A stretch of 35,128 nt of DNA. Source: an uncultured bacterium (GTDB taxonomy: Bacteria > Pseudomonadota > Gammaproteobacteria > Steroidobacterales > CBDUSC01). Within the stretch, counting starts at the first letter, position 1. Each line of letters starts with the position of its first letter. Position numbers and translations under genes: made by a program. The stretch spans positions 1 to 35,128 of the forward strand of contig CBDUSC010000001.1 of assembly GCA_965369735.1 (NCBI GenBank), written 5' to 3'. Shown here piece after piece: positions 16,554 through 26,558 of this stretch. A model generated the notes under the pieces. It did not search any database, was not told the origin of the DNA, and saw only the letters and a program-made list of their open reading frames with translations.

Positions 16554-16942
16554 ATGACACGCGCAAAGCGAAAATATTCGCCCCAGGTTCTCAACCGGGG
16601 TATGCCACTTTGAAACAGATGAACAGTGGTCGTGTCTTTTCCGTCGTCGTCAAGCAAAAAATCACAAACCAGGGTCGCATCGGATGGCAGATTTCCAAGC
16701 GGCAAATAAATCAGGCGCAGACGCTTTCGTACATCGAAAACATCGATGGTTGCTTCCACATCGTCTTCTTTTTCGAAACCGAGTCGGTAAAAACCACCCT
16801 CGCGAGCGTCAATGCGCGCGGTATCTGAATACCATCGTGTAAGCCATTCCTCATCCACCAGGGCTTGCCACACGTCTTTGACAGGCGCCTTGATATCGAT
16901 CAAATGCACATGACCGCGTGTTCGTATTTCCTCATCTGACAT
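16511..16942 (-). CDS. SRPBCC-superfamily protein (AHSA1/START-like)
   Basis: 143 aa. IDIKAPVKDVWQALVDEEWLTRWY matches the N-terminal signature of the Aha1-like SRPBCC family. Confidence 0.7.
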   Translation of the reverse strand: MSDEEIRTRGHVHLIDIKAPVKDVWQALVDEEWLTRWYSDTARIDAREGGFYRLGFEKEDDVEATIDVFDVRKRLRLIYLPLGNLPSDATLVCDFLLDDDGKDTTTVHLFQSGIPRLRTWGEYFRFARVMWDRRLVRLRKILE

Positions 16943-16988
16943 TCGTTCGTCCCGCTACAGGTAGTCCTGATAAATTTCCAATGCCTGA

Positions 16989-18458
16989 TTATCGCTGCCA
17001 AAACGCTGGCGTGACCAGTACCAGCAGGGTAAATATTTCAAGCCGGCCCAAAAGCATTGCAGCAATGGCAATCCATTTTCCGGCATCACCGACGGCGGTA
17101 AAATTGCTGGATACCTCACCCAGGCCTGGGCCGAGATTGTTCAGCGTCGCGGCAACTGCCGAAAATGCCGTGACCTGGTCAAGACCGGTTGCCATCAACA
17201 GCAGCATCATAAAACCAAAAAGAACAATGTAAACAGAGAAAAATCCCCAAACCGACTCGATCACCCGTGTCTGCACGGCCGTCTTACCCAGTTTGACCGG
17301 TATTTCGGCGCTGGGGTGCACATACCGGATGACTTCGCGCACCCCCTGTTTGTAGACCAGCAACCAGCGGATGACCTTCATGCCACCGCCTGTGGATCCT
17401 GCGCAGCCACCGATAAAGCTGGCGAAGATGAGCATAACCGGCAGCACCCTGGGCCAGGAACTGTAGTCTGCTGTGGTATACCCGGTGGTGGTGCCTATCG
17501 ATACCGCCTGGAACAACCCTTTTGTAAATGCCTCGGACCAGGTTTCGTAGGTTCCATAACCATGCAAAAGCATGATGGTGACCAATACTATAAAGACCAG
17601 CACTGTGACATAGGCGCGAAATTCGCTATCTGCCAAATAATGTCTGAGACTTTTTTTATCCCATACAAGAAAGTGCAACGCAAAATTGATGCCGCCCACG
17701 AACATGAAAAACACCGCAATAAGCTCGATCATGGTGGCATTGGGATGCCCGGTCGCTGCGTAGTAACCAAAACTCAGGTCGTGTGTCGAAAAGCCGCCAA
17801 TAGCGACGGTCGTGAGTGCATGCCCGATTGCGTCGAATAATTCCATTCCTGCTGCAAAGTACGCGACACCACAGGCAATTGTGATCACAAAATAGGTTTG
17901 CCACAGTGCGTTGGCCATTCCCGAGATCCGTGGCATCAGCTTGGTGTCCTTGACCGGACCCGGTGTCTCTGCCCGGTAGAGCTGCATACCGCCTACACCC
18001 AGCATGGGCAACACGGCGACTGCCAGAACAATAATGCCCATGCCGCCAAGCCACTGTAGTTGCTGACGGTAGTAAAGAATGGAGCGCGGTAACTCATCGA
18101 GACCCGTCAGGATGGTGGCACCGGTTGTCGTAAGACCCGACATGGCCTCAAAAATGGAATCCGTCGTACTGAGATCAATTTGCGGGCTCAATATGAATGG
18201 CACTGCGCTGGCAAAACCCAGCGCCAGCCAGAACATTGCGACGATGATAAATCCGTCGCGCACGCGTAGATCCAGCGATACCCGGCGTGTGGGTAGCCAC
18301 AACACCAGGCCCGTCAGCAATACCAACAGGGCGCCGAAAAGAAAAGTAGGCCAGCCACCGTCATTGTAAAAAAGAGATACGGCGACCGGTGGCAGCATGG
18401 TCAGGCTGAACATCATCAGCAGCCGTCCGAGTATGCGCGCTACAATGCGTGGGTTCAT
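16989..18458 (-). CDS. trkH: Trk-type potassium uptake protein TrkH
   Basis: I start it at ATG 18458 (MNPRIVARILGRLLMMFS...), 19 nt after the trkA stop. Repeated selectivity-filter-like motifs are present (TTTGATI, AIGGFST, IGTTTGYT, GSTGGGMK). Confidence 0.9.
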   Translation of the reverse strand: MNPRIVARILGRLLMMFSLTMLPPVAVSLFYNDGGWPTFLFGALLVLLTGLVLWLPTRRVSLDLRVRDGFIIVAMFWLALGFASAVPFILSPQIDLSTTDSIFEAMSGLTTTGATILTGLDELPRSILYYRQQLQWLGGMGIIVLAVAVLPMLGVGGMQLYRAETPGPVKDTKLMPRISGMANALWQTYFVITIACGVAYFAAGMELFDAIGHALTTVAIGGFSTHDLSFGYYAATGHPNATMIELIAVFFMFVGGINFALHFLVWDKKSLRHYLADSEFRAYVTVLVFIVLVTIMLLHGYGTYETWSEAFTKGLFQAVSIGTTTGYTTADYSSWPRVLPVMLIFASFIGGCAGSTGGGMKVIRWLLVYKQGVREVIRYVHPSAEIPVKLGKTAVQTRVIESVWGFFSVYIVLFGFMMLLLMATGLDQVTAFSAVAATLNNLGPGLGEVSSNFTAVGDAGKWIAIAAMLLGRLEIFTLLVLVTPAFWQR

Positions 18459-18477
18459 TATTTTTTGAAGAAGTTCT

Positions 18478-19854
18478 TCAGAACGAAACGTCGACCTGGA
18501 AAAGTTTCTCAACCTGGCCGATGTGTTTTCTATTGGTCATAAACAGAATGACATGATCATCCGCTTCGACCACCGTATCGTGGTGGGCGATGATGACCGC
18601 GTCGCCGCGCACTATGGCCGCAATTGTAGTTCCCTCCGGTAGCGGAATGTTCTCAATGGCTCTGCCAACGACTTCCGATTTTTTTGTATCGCCGTGGGCC
18701 ACTGCCTCGATGGCTTCGGCGGCGCCGCGCCGCAGTGAGTGAACTTTTATGACATCGCCCTTGCGTACATGCGCAAGCAGTGAGCCAATCGTGATCTGTT
18801 GCGGGGATATGGCGATATCGATGGTGCCGCCTTCCTCTACCAACTCGGCATAAGAGACTCTGTTGATCAGCGCCATAACCTTATGGGCGCCAAGACGTTT
18901 CGCGAGCATCGCCGAAAGAATATTGGCCTCCTCAGAGTCTGTGAGCGCACAGAAAATATCAGCATTATCGATATTTTCCTCGATCATCAGTTCTTCGTCG
19001 GTGGCATCGCCATGCAATACGATTGTTCGATTGAGTTTCTCAGATATGCTCTTTGCCCGATCAATATCGCGTTCGATTAGTTTGACCTGGTTTGTCTGTT
19101 CAAGAGTTTGCGCAAGTCTGAAACCAATATTGCCGCCACCGGCAATGACAACCCTTCGCACCGGGTCTTCCAGCTTTCGCATTTCACTCATCACAACTCG
19201 AATGTCTTTTCGAGCAGCGATAAAAAACACTTCGTCGTCTTCTTCAATGATCGTGCTGCCCTTGGGAATGATCACGGAACCCGCACGAAATATCGCTGCG
19301 ACCCGTGCGTCGGTATTTGGAATGTGATCTACAAGCGCACGTAATTCCTGGCCGACCAACAGACCATCGCGATGCGCGCGAACCGCGACCAGGCGTACAC
19401 GGCCCTCGGCGAACTCCACAACCTGTAGCGCACCCGGGTACAGGATCAGCTGCTCGATATATTCCGTGACGACTTGTTCCGGGCTTATCCGGAAATCGAC
19501 CGGTAGCGAGTCCGGCGCAAATAACTGGGGTCGTTCTATGTACTCGGCTGATCTTATGCGGGCGATTTTTGTTGCCGTGCGGTACAGGGTCCGCGCGACC
19601 TGGCAGGCAATCATGTTGGTCTCATCGCTGTCGGTTAACGCGATAATCATTTCGGCATCAGCGATGCCTGCGCTTTCCAGAACCGCCGGGTAACTTGCGT
19701 GGCCGTGAACCGTCCGTATATCGAGCCGGTCCTGCAAATCACGCAGAATCCGCTCGTCGATGTCGACGACGGTGACTTCGTTGGCTTCTTCCCGGGAGAG
19801 ATGCCGAGCCGCAGTACGTCCGACCTGGCCCGCCCCAAGAATGATGATTTTCAT
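18478..19854 (-). CDS. trkA: Trk system NAD-binding peripheral subunit TrkA
   Basis: 458 aa. MKIIILGAGQVGRT and a second Rossmann motif VVIAGGGNIGFRLA give the duplicated TrkA_N/TrkA_C architecture. Confidence 0.93.
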   Translation of the reverse strand: MKIIILGAGQVGRTAARHLSREEANEVTVVDIDERILRDLQDRLDIRTVHGHASYPAVLESAGIADAEMIIALTDSDETNMIACQVARTLYRTATKIARIRSAEYIERPQLFAPDSLPVDFRISPEQVVTEYIEQLILYPGALQVVEFAEGRVRLVAVRAHRDGLLVGQELRALVDHIPNTDARVAAIFRAGSVIIPKGSTIIEEDDEVFFIAARKDIRVVMSEMRKLEDPVRRVVIAGGGNIGFRLAQTLEQTNQVKLIERDIDRAKSISEKLNRTIVLHGDATDEELMIEENIDNADIFCALTDSEEANILSAMLAKRLGAHKVMALINRVSYAELVEEGGTIDIAISPQQITIGSLLAHVRKGDVIKVHSLRRGAAEAIEAVAHGDTKKSEVVGRAIENIPLPEGTTIAAIVRGDAVIIAHHDTVVEADDHVILFMTNRKHIGQVEKLFQVDVSF

Positions 19855-19987
19855 TGCTGCGTCCAGTCCCCGGGATGCGATACCCCGTGGATCTGTTGCC
19901 CGGGTTTCCTCCGCCTGAGGATCTGCCCGGTTGTTTTTATTTTGTAGAGGTTAGCCAAAGCTTTCCTGGTCCCTTTCATCGGCTATT

Positions 19988-22153
19988 TTACATCACTTCA
20001 AGCTTAGCGTAGGACATTACGAGCCATTTTGTACCGGCGCCGTCAAAATTAACCTGAACCCGGGCATGTGGGCCCTGGCCTTCAAAATTCAATATGACGC
20101 CTTCACCAAATTTTCCATGGCGTACCCTCTGCCCCAGACGAACGCCCTCCGGCTCCTCGCGTGGCGTGGCAAACTCTGTGGCAAAGCGGGTCGCCATGGC
20201 GGGACGGCTGACATTTATCTGCGGCCGGATCTCCTCGATCAGAGATGCAGGCAATTCATTGATGAACCTGGATTTCTGGCTATAGCTATCCACACCATGC
20301 AGCCGACGCTGTTCGGCATAGGTCAGATACAATTGTTGCATGGCGCGCGTGGCGCCGACATAACACAGGCGGCGCTCCTCCTCCAGGCCGCCCGCATCAC
20401 CCAGCGATCTCTGATGCGGGAACAAACCGTCTTCCATGCCGCAGATAAATACCACCGGAAATTCGAGACCCTTTGCCGAATGCATCGTCATCAGTTGTAC
20501 GCAGTCATCCCAGGCATCACCCTGGGACTCACCGGCCTCAAGCGCGGCGTGTGACAGAAATTCTGCAAGCGGTGTCATATCGCTGTCTTCGTCCGGCTCA
20601 AAACCGCGCGCGGCGCTGACCAGTTCCTCGAGGTTTTCGACGCGGGTTTCTGCGCGCTCGCTTTTGTCACGCTTGAAGTGTGCCAGCAGACCGCTTGCGT
20701 TGATGACATGATCAACCTGCTCGTACAGCTGAAGACCATTGGTGTCTTTTGCAAGTTGATCGATGAGATTCAAAAAACTGATCACAGCGTTGGATGCGCG
20801 GGCGCTCAATCCATCGCTGGATACGGCAGTTGCTGCACGCCACATGGAGCAGGCATTGATTTTGGCATGCTGGCGAATGATATCGAGACTGCGGGCACCG
20901 ATGCCGCGTGTCGGCAGGTTGACGACGCGCTCGAACGAGGCGTCATCTTCACGGTTTGCGATCAGTCTCAGGTATGCAAGCGCATCCTTGATTTCGGCGC
21001 GTTCAAAAAAGCGCAGACCACCGTAAACCCGGTAGGGAACCTGCGCATTAATAAATGCCTCTTCAAATACGCGCGACTGCGCGTTGGAACGGTACAGTAC
21101 TGCGACTTCGCTACGTTGATTCCCTTGCATCATCCAGTCTTTGACACGACCGACTACAAAATCTGCCTCATCGCGTTCGTTATATGCCGCGTACAGCTTC
21201 ACCGGTTCGCCATCATTGCCATCGGTCCACAGGTTTTTGCCCATGCGCGAGCTGTTATTCGCAATCAGCGCATTGGCCGCACCGAGTATGGTCCCGGTCG
21301 ATCGATAGTTTTGCTCGAGTTTGACGACGCGCGCGCCCGCGAAGTCTTTTTCAAACTGGTAAATGTGTTCTATACGGGCGCCGCGCCATCGGTATATCGA
21401 CTGGTCGTCATCGCCAACGACAAACGGGATACCCGTGTTGCCCGCCAGCAGTCTGAGCCATGCATACTGGATCGTGTTGGTATCCTGAAACTCATCGACG
21501 AGGAGATGTGCAAATCGACAGCGATAATGTTCCAGAAGATCCGGGTTTTTCAGCCATAATTCATGAGCGCGTAACAACAGCTCTGCAAAATCTACCAGAC
21601 CGGATCGATCGCAAATTTCCTGGTACATGCGGTACAAGCTGATGAACTGCTTGCGGTTGGAATCTCCATAGTCTTCCAGATGCTCGGGTCGCAAGCCCTC
21701 GTCTTTTTGCCCGTTGATAAACCACTGTATTTCTTTTGGTATCCAGCGCGAGTCATCCAGTTCGTGATTTTTGAGCATGCGCCGAATGAGGCGCAATTGA
21801 TCCTCTGAATCCATGATCTGAAATGCTTCGACGAGACCCGCTTCGCGCCAGTGCGCGCGTAACAAGCGATGCGCTAGACCGTGAAAAGTGCCCACCCACA
21901 TGGCGGCCGCGGGCCGGCCCAGGAGTGTTTCGATACGCGAGCGCATCTCGGCTGCAGCCTTGTTGGTGAAGGTAACCGCGAGCACCCCATTCGGTGAAAT
22001 ATTCTCAACCTGGATCAGCCAGGCAATACGATGAACCAGAACCCGGGTTTTGCCGCTGCCCGCACCGGCGAGCACCAGCACGGGTTTGGCCGGTGAGGTC
22101 ACGGCATCGCGCTGCGCATCATTCAACGGGTCGAGTATCGGGCTCACATCCAT
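19988..22153 (-). CDS. uvrD: DNA helicase II (UvrD)
   Basis: 721 aa. Walker A AGAGSGKT, DEFQDTN, QNYRS, and a UvrD-type C-terminal tail (GQRVRHGKFGEGVILNFEG...VNF...GTKWL). The length matches canonical UvrD. Confidence 0.9.
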   Translation of the reverse strand: MDVSPILDPLNDAQRDAVTSPAKPVLVLAGAGSGKTRVLVHRIAWLIQVENISPNGVLAVTFTNKAAAEMRSRIETLLGRPAAAMWVGTFHGLAHRLLRAHWREAGLVEAFQIMDSEDQLRLIRRMLKNHELDDSRWIPKEIQWFINGQKDEGLRPEHLEDYGDSNRKQFISLYRMYQEICDRSGLVDFAELLLRAHELWLKNPDLLEHYRCRFAHLLVDEFQDTNTIQYAWLRLLAGNTGIPFVVGDDDQSIYRWRGARIEHIYQFEKDFAGARVVKLEQNYRSTGTILGAANALIANNSSRMGKNLWTDGNDGEPVKLYAAYNERDEADFVVGRVKDWMMQGNQRSEVAVLYRSNAQSRVFEEAFINAQVPYRVYGGLRFFERAEIKDALAYLRLIANREDDASFERVVNLPTRGIGARSLDIIRQHAKINACSMWRAATAVSSDGLSARASNAVISFLNLIDQLAKDTNGLQLYEQVDHVINASGLLAHFKRDKSERAETRVENLEELVSAARGFEPDEDSDMTPLAEFLSHAALEAGESQGDAWDDCVQLMTMHSAKGLEFPVVFICGMEDGLFPHQRSLGDAGGLEEERRLCYVGATRAMQQLYLTYAEQRRLHGVDSYSQKSRFINELPASLIEEIRPQINVSRPAMATRFATEFATPREEPEGVRLGQRVRHGKFGEGVILNFEGQGPHARVQVNFDGAGTKWLVMSYAKLEVM

Positions 22154-22225
22154 GGCGGCGCATTGTAGCTGAGCTGTGCTTGAGTCGCGATGAGCAATTC
22201 GGGTGACTTTGACCCCCGGATGAAA

Positions 22226-23257
22226 TTAGTCGGGACAGATCCAGCCCGGCATTTTCGGCATCCCGGACCCGGTCGGAATACTGTCAAAGCTCATCTCGAA
22301 GGCGTGGCAGTCGTCAATTTGCGGATCAGCCCACATGGGTCCCGGGCATCGATTGTCTATGCTGTCGGGCGCTGCGACCAGCATGGGTGCAACGCGGCGC
22401 GGTATGGGTTCCTGATTTGCCTGGCGTGATTCCTGATCGAGTTGGCCAAACATTTGCTCGGCCATGTCGCAGGCTTGCTCAAACTGTTGTTGGCTCAACG
22501 CAGGACCGAATCTGCCCAGCGACATACTGCCCACCATTCTGTGCGCCATGAGATTGCTGACGCCTGTCCAGGCTGCTGCAAGAGTGCGCGGTGATTCGCT
22601 GGAATCCTGGAGCGCGAGAGTTTGCTCCAGAAAAACGGTATCGTTCTGGTTGGCCTGATTCAGAAAATCCGTACGCGCCTGGTCATAGATTCGCCCGATT
22701 TTCGCAGCGGCATTGGCTGAACCTTGCGCCGCCGCGCGCTGGTACCACTGTATTGCTTCGGCGGGACGCGTCATTGCGATCTGATCCGCCAGTATTTGTT
22801 GCGCCCACATGTCACCGCCCTCAGCCAGTTGCTGCAGCGTGCCCATGTCGTACTGATAATAGGGCTGCTCAAGGTTGCAACCTGCCAGCGAATATTGGGT
22901 ATCAGCGGGCGGCCAGCCGGCGCCGCAATAGAATTCCTGCAACTGTGCCCTGAAATCCGACGGATCGATGCCCATCGCAGAAACCATCCTGTACAGCTCA
23001 TCTATCCCCATCGATGCGTCCATGACATACGGAGACTCACTGATCTGCTGGCGGCTTGCGTCGATATCAGCCACTGGTGGTGGCGTAACCGGTGCTGCCG
23101 ATTGATGTATCACGGTTTCCGGTATTGAAACCGGCGAATTCGAATCCGCGTCAACGATTACCTGCGGTTGCGGATCCCATAACAGTACCCATGTGACCCA
23201 GCCCGTGGCCAGAATGGCAACAACCAGTATCAATAACATCAGGAGACGGTTTTCCAT
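22226..23257 (-). CDS. Membrane-anchored hypothetical protein with a Sel1-like repeat
   Basis: 343 aa. Single N-terminal TM (LLMLLILVVAILATGWVTWVLLW). A Sel1/TPR-like segment (AEAIQWYQRAAAQGSANAAAKIGRIY). Six Cys in the predicted periplasmic part. No assignable family. Confidence 0.55.
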   Translation of the reverse strand: MENRLLMLLILVVAILATGWVTWVLLWDPQPQVIVDADSNSPVSIPETVIHQSAAPVTPPPVADIDASRQQISESPYVMDASMGIDELYRMVSAMGIDPSDFRAQLQEFYCGAGWPPADTQYSLAGCNLEQPYYQYDMGTLQQLAEGGDMWAQQILADQIAMTRPAEAIQWYQRAAAQGSANAAAKIGRIYDQARTDFLNQANQNDTVFLEQTLALQDSSESPRTLAAAWTGVSNLMAHRMVGSMSLGRFGPALSQQQFEQACDMAEQMFGQLDQESRQANQEPIPRRVAPMLVAAPDSIDNRCPGPMWADPQIDDCHAFEMSFDSIPTGSGMPKMPGWICPD

Positions 23258-23277
23258 GATCGATCTGCAAGCGGAAT

Positions 23278-24144
23278 TCAGAATGTGCGCGGTATGTAGT
23301 GATCTACCAACAGGAATGCGAACAGCGTCATCAAATAGTTTACCGAGTATGCAAACGTTCGCATGGGCATTTCGGGTTTAGTGGATGTTTTCAAGGCAAG
23401 CGCGTAATACAAAAATCCCGCACCCAGCGCCAATGCTCCAAACAGATACAAAATACCGCTCATGCCGGTCAGGAATGGCAATATCGTAACAACCACCAGT
23501 AGCACGGTGTATAAAAGTATTTGCAGGCGCGTGAATTCGACGCCATGCGTTACGGGCAACATCGGGATATCGACTTTTTCGTAATCCGATTTACGTGCAA
23601 TTGCCAGCGCCCAGAAATGAGGTGGTGTCCACGTAAAAATAATCAGAAACAACAGCAGCGCGTCCGGGTCGATACTGTTTGTCATGGCCACCCAGCCAAG
23701 CACCGGCGGCGCGGCGCCTGCAGCACCGCCAATGACAATATTTTGCGGCGTCGCGCGTTTCAAATAAAGCGTGTAGATCACCGCGTAACCGATCAGCGAT
23801 GCAAATGTAAGAATCGCGGTGAGCGGGTTGACCAGTAACACAAGAATCAACATCGCGAGGGAGCCAAGGATCAGTGCAAATACGATTGCCTGCGTCTCGG
23901 TGAGTCTGCCGGTCGGGATGGGTCTATTGTATGTGCGCTTCATTAGCGCATCGACGCGCGCATCGAATACGTGATTGATTGCGGCGGCCGATGATGCTGC
24001 GAGGCCGATTCCCAGCGTTGCATACAACAAAGTTGGCAATGGAGGAATCCCGGGCGTTGCCAAAAGCATGCCTACGATTGCCGTAAAGACGATCAGGCTG
24101 ACGACCTTTGGTTTGCAAAGGGCGAGGAATTCTCTGAAAAGCAT
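23278..24144 (-). CDS. ctaB: Protoheme IX farnesyltransferase (heme O synthase)
   Basis: I start it at ATG 24144 ([29 protein letters not shown]). UbiA-superfamily motifs are present ([24 protein letters not shown]). The 57-codon upstream extension in the track ORF overlaps the SURF1 gene. Confidence 0.88.
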   Translation of the reverse strand: MLFREFLALCKPKVVSLIVFTAIVGMLLATPGIPPLPTLLYATLGIGLAASSAAAINHVFDARVDALMKRTYNRPIPTGRLTETQAIVFALILGSLAMLILVLLVNPLTAILTFASLIGYAVIYTLYLKRATPQNIVIGGAAGAAPPVLGWVAMTNSIDPDALLLFLIIFTWTPPHFWALAIARKSDYEKVDIPMLPVTHGVEFTRLQILLYTVLLVVVTILPFLTGMSGILYLFGALALGAGFLYYALALKTSTKPEMPMRTFAYSVNYLMTLFAFLLVDHYIPRTF

Positions 24145-24161
24145 CGTGTTAATTCTGGTCG

Positions 24162-24971
24162 TCACCGGTTTTGCCTGGCTTGCATTTTCGCATTTTTCGC
24201 CGCCCCGCTTCTGAAACCCAGCCACGTATAAATAATCAGCACCGCGGCGGCCAGTGAAAACCACTGTACGGCGTAGCCGATATGCTTTCCCGGTCCCATG
24301 ACGCGCGGTTTCCATTCCCGGGCATATCCATCGGGTTGATCGGCGCTCAACAGCACTACGTATGCGGCCAGCTCGGTTTGCAAGGCAGTGCCCAGGGTGA
24401 GCATATCGGGAAACACCATGCGTCGTGGCCAGGGCGCATCGGCGGGCAATTCCTTGTTCAGGCGCAGACCGGGTCGGCGCAAGGTGTCCAGGCGGCCGCT
24501 TAATACGCGGTCGGTAACGGATACGCTGATGAGCGGGAACTGGTCGCGTTTTGGCGGTGCCGGTATCCAGCCGCGGTTGACCATCACCATCGGTGAGCCA
24601 TCCGAGGGCACAAATGGTGTCAGCACCTGGTAACCGATGCGGCCACGATGTGTCATCTGGTCGATAAGGATTTGCCGGGTGCTGTCATAGCGACCGCTCA
24701 GGCGAACCGTTCTGTAGCGGGCCCCCAATCCATTTGCTCCTGGTTCATTGGCCCCGGAATCATCACTGCGGAACTCGGCGGTCTTCGTGGGAATCGCATG
24801 CAATGCCTTTTCGCTGGCGCCGGTTTCGAACTGTGCGAACAAATCACGTTTTTCCTGCGCGCGACCCAGTTGCCATGAGCACAAAGACAAAAATACTGTG
24901 AACAGGAGCAACGACAGCAAGCTGGGTGCCAGCTCTGCCGCAAAAAAACGATTGCCGATTCTTATCGACAT
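24162..24971 (-). CDS. SURF1-family cytochrome oxidase assembly protein
   Basis: I start it at ATG 24971 ([10 protein letters not shown]...). N-terminal TM followed by [15 protein letters not shown]. Also GYQVLTPF...[10 protein letters not shown], and C-terminal [16 protein letters not shown] plus a TM. The 336-aa track ORF overlaps bioD. Confidence 0.82.
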   Translation of the reverse strand: MSIRIGNRFFAAELAPSLLSLLLFTVFLSLCSWQLGRAQEKRDLFAQFETGASEKALHAIPTKTAEFRSDDSGANEPGANGLGARYRTVRLSGRYDSTRQILIDQMTHRGRIGYQVLTPFVPSDGSPMVMVNRGWIPAPPKRDQFPLISVSVTDRVLSGRLDTLRRPGLRLNKELPADAPWPRRMVFPDMLTLGTALQTELAAYVVLLSADQPDGYAREWKPRVMGPGKHIGYAVQWFSLAAAVLIIYTWLGFRSGAAKNAKMQARQNR

Positions 24972-24972
24972 T

Positions 24973-25683
24973 TCAAACTCCCGTTGCTTTGTGCCGGGAA
25001 CACAATACTGTGGTGTCGATGTAACGCGCCATATCATCGGGTTTAGCGTCGGGTTTGTGCGGCAGAATGCCAAGGCACGGCGCCTCGATGCGCGAACGCA
25101 GGGTATCGATGTTCTCATCGATATGTGCAAACTCCGCGTCAATGCAGCTACCGGCCCAGCCGGCAAGTTCACAACCGGATGCTTTTATCGCCTCGGCGCT
25201 GAGCAGCGCGTGATTCAGGCAACCGAGTGTAAGACCGACCACCAGTACAACCGGCGTTCGCAAACGAAGTGCGATTGCCGACATGTCGCGCTGATCATCA
25301 AGCGGCACACGCCAGCCACCTGCGCCCTCGATAATCACCAGAGCATGCGCTGCCGATAGCTCGTCAAATGCACGCGAGATCATGTCCAGGTCTATGGGCC
25401 TACCGCTGATCGCAGCAGCGATATGTGGTGCGATGGCTGGTTCGTATGCGATCGGGTTTGTCAGGGCATAATCATGGGTACCGCTGACCCGCATCAACTG
25501 TTCGGCATCCTGATTGCGTAACTCGCCATTCGTTTTTTCACAACCGGCGGATACCGGTTTCATGCCGACAGCGTCAATACCCTTGATGCGCAGTGCGCTG
25601 ATCAACGCGGTGGCAAACACGGTCTTGCCGGCATTGGTGTCGGTACCCGTGATGAACAAACCTTGCGCCATTGAGTCGCTCAT
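24973..25683 (-). CDS. bioD: Dethiobiotin synthase
   Basis: P-loop FITGTDTNAGKT, and IIEGAGGW. It is the last gene of the bio cluster and overlaps the bioC stop as ATGA. Confidence 0.9.
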   Translation of the reverse strand: MSDSMAQGLFITGTDTNAGKTVFATALISALRIKGIDAVGMKPVSAGCEKTNGELRNQDAEQLMRVSGTHDYALTNPIAYEPAIAPHIAAAISGRPIDLDMISRAFDELSAAHALVIIEGAGGWRVPLDDQRDMSAIALRLRTPVVLVVGLTLGCLNHALLSAEAIKASGCELAGWAGSCIDAEFAHIDENIDTLRSRIEAPCLGILPHKPDAKPDDMARYIDTTVLCSRHKATGV

Positions 25684-26558
25684 GGCCGCCGCAAAGCGAT
25701 GTCGCGCAATGATACGCGCGCCTCGCCATCCTGCATTGACACACCCTCACCCGGTGTCGGTGCCCAGGCCTGACCGAACACGACTTCATAGGTGGCCGGC
25801 AGCCGGTCATCGCTACGATACTTTTCATAACCGGCTTCCAGTTTTTGCAGCCGCTTTCGGCCGGTCAGGCCGCGCGCGCGCCCATCTGTCATGTTGTGCG
25901 CGCCTATCGCCTTGAGATCGCGCATCAAATCGATCACGCGATCATAGGTCAGAGTGAAATACTCGGCGTCCATGACCGGCTCGCACAGACCAATGCGGAC
26001 CAGCGCATCGCCAATGTTGTGCATATCGATGAATCGGTTGACATGGCTGTAGTCGTCGATCGCCGCCCAGGTATCGCGCAGTTCGCGCAGAGTGTCGGGG
26101 CCAAACGTGGTAAACGAGAACAGGCCCTGCGGGCGCAGCACGCGACGAACCTCGTGAAAAATATCATCGAGATCGTTGCACCACTGAAGCATCAGGTTGC
26201 AAAAAACGAGTTCCACGCTGTTGTCAGGCAGTGGAATTCTTTTTGCATCGGCGCACAGCAATCTGGTGTTTTTGTTGTGTCCATGGGCGACACGCAGCAT
26301 CCCTTCCGCAATATCCAGTGCGATCACCTGACTACCCGGGAATATCTGCTGTAGCGTTTTGCAGGCATGAGCGGTGCCGGCGCCAAGATCGACAATCAAG
26401 CCGGTATCGAGTTTTACCAGGTCCAGGCGCTGCAACAGCCGCGATCTGATTTCCTTTTGCAAAACAGCGGCGGCATCGTAATGAATGCTTGCGCGATCAA
26501 AGGAGCGTCGTACTGCCCACGGGTCGAGCCTGAAATCCTGATCCGTGGGCACGTTCAC
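25680..26558 (-). CDS. bioC: Malonyl-ACP O-methyltransferase
   Basis: Class I SAM-methyltransferase motif IVDLGAGTA. RSFDRASIHYDAAAVLQKEI is typical of BioC. It sits between bioH and bioD. Confidence 0.85.
   Translation of the reverse strand: MNVPTDQDFRLDPWAVRRSFDRASIHYDAAAVLQKEIRSRLLQRLDLVKLDTGLIVDLGAGTAHACKTLQQIFPGSQVIALDIAEGMLRVAHGHNKNTRLLCADAKRIPLPDNSVELVFCNLMLQWCNDLDDIFHEVRRVLRPQGLFSFTTFGPDTLRELRDTWAAIDDYSHVNRFIDMHNIGDALVRIGLCEPVMDAEYFTLTYDRVIDLMRDLKAIGAHNMTDGRARGLTGRKRLQKLEAGYEKYRSDDRLPATYEVVFGQAWAPTPGEGVSMQDGEARVSLRDIALRRP

Noticed and set aside
19988-22153. UvrD-family and RecG (31990-34107) helicases as possible components of a defence system.
   Set aside because: Both have canonical housekeeping length, full motif sets and classical neighbours (spoT-ridA-recG). 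There are no adjacent nuclease, methylase, toxin or unknown partner genes.
24972-25172. N-terminal extensions of track ORFs: SURF1 to 25172, ctaB to 24315, comF from 29362, the lipoprotein to 11292, dtd to 13091, trkH to 18512, and the zinc finger to 4360.
   Set aside because: The extensions overlap the neighbouring gene, carry no family-conserved sequence, and an internal ATG reproduces the canonical N-terminus in each case.
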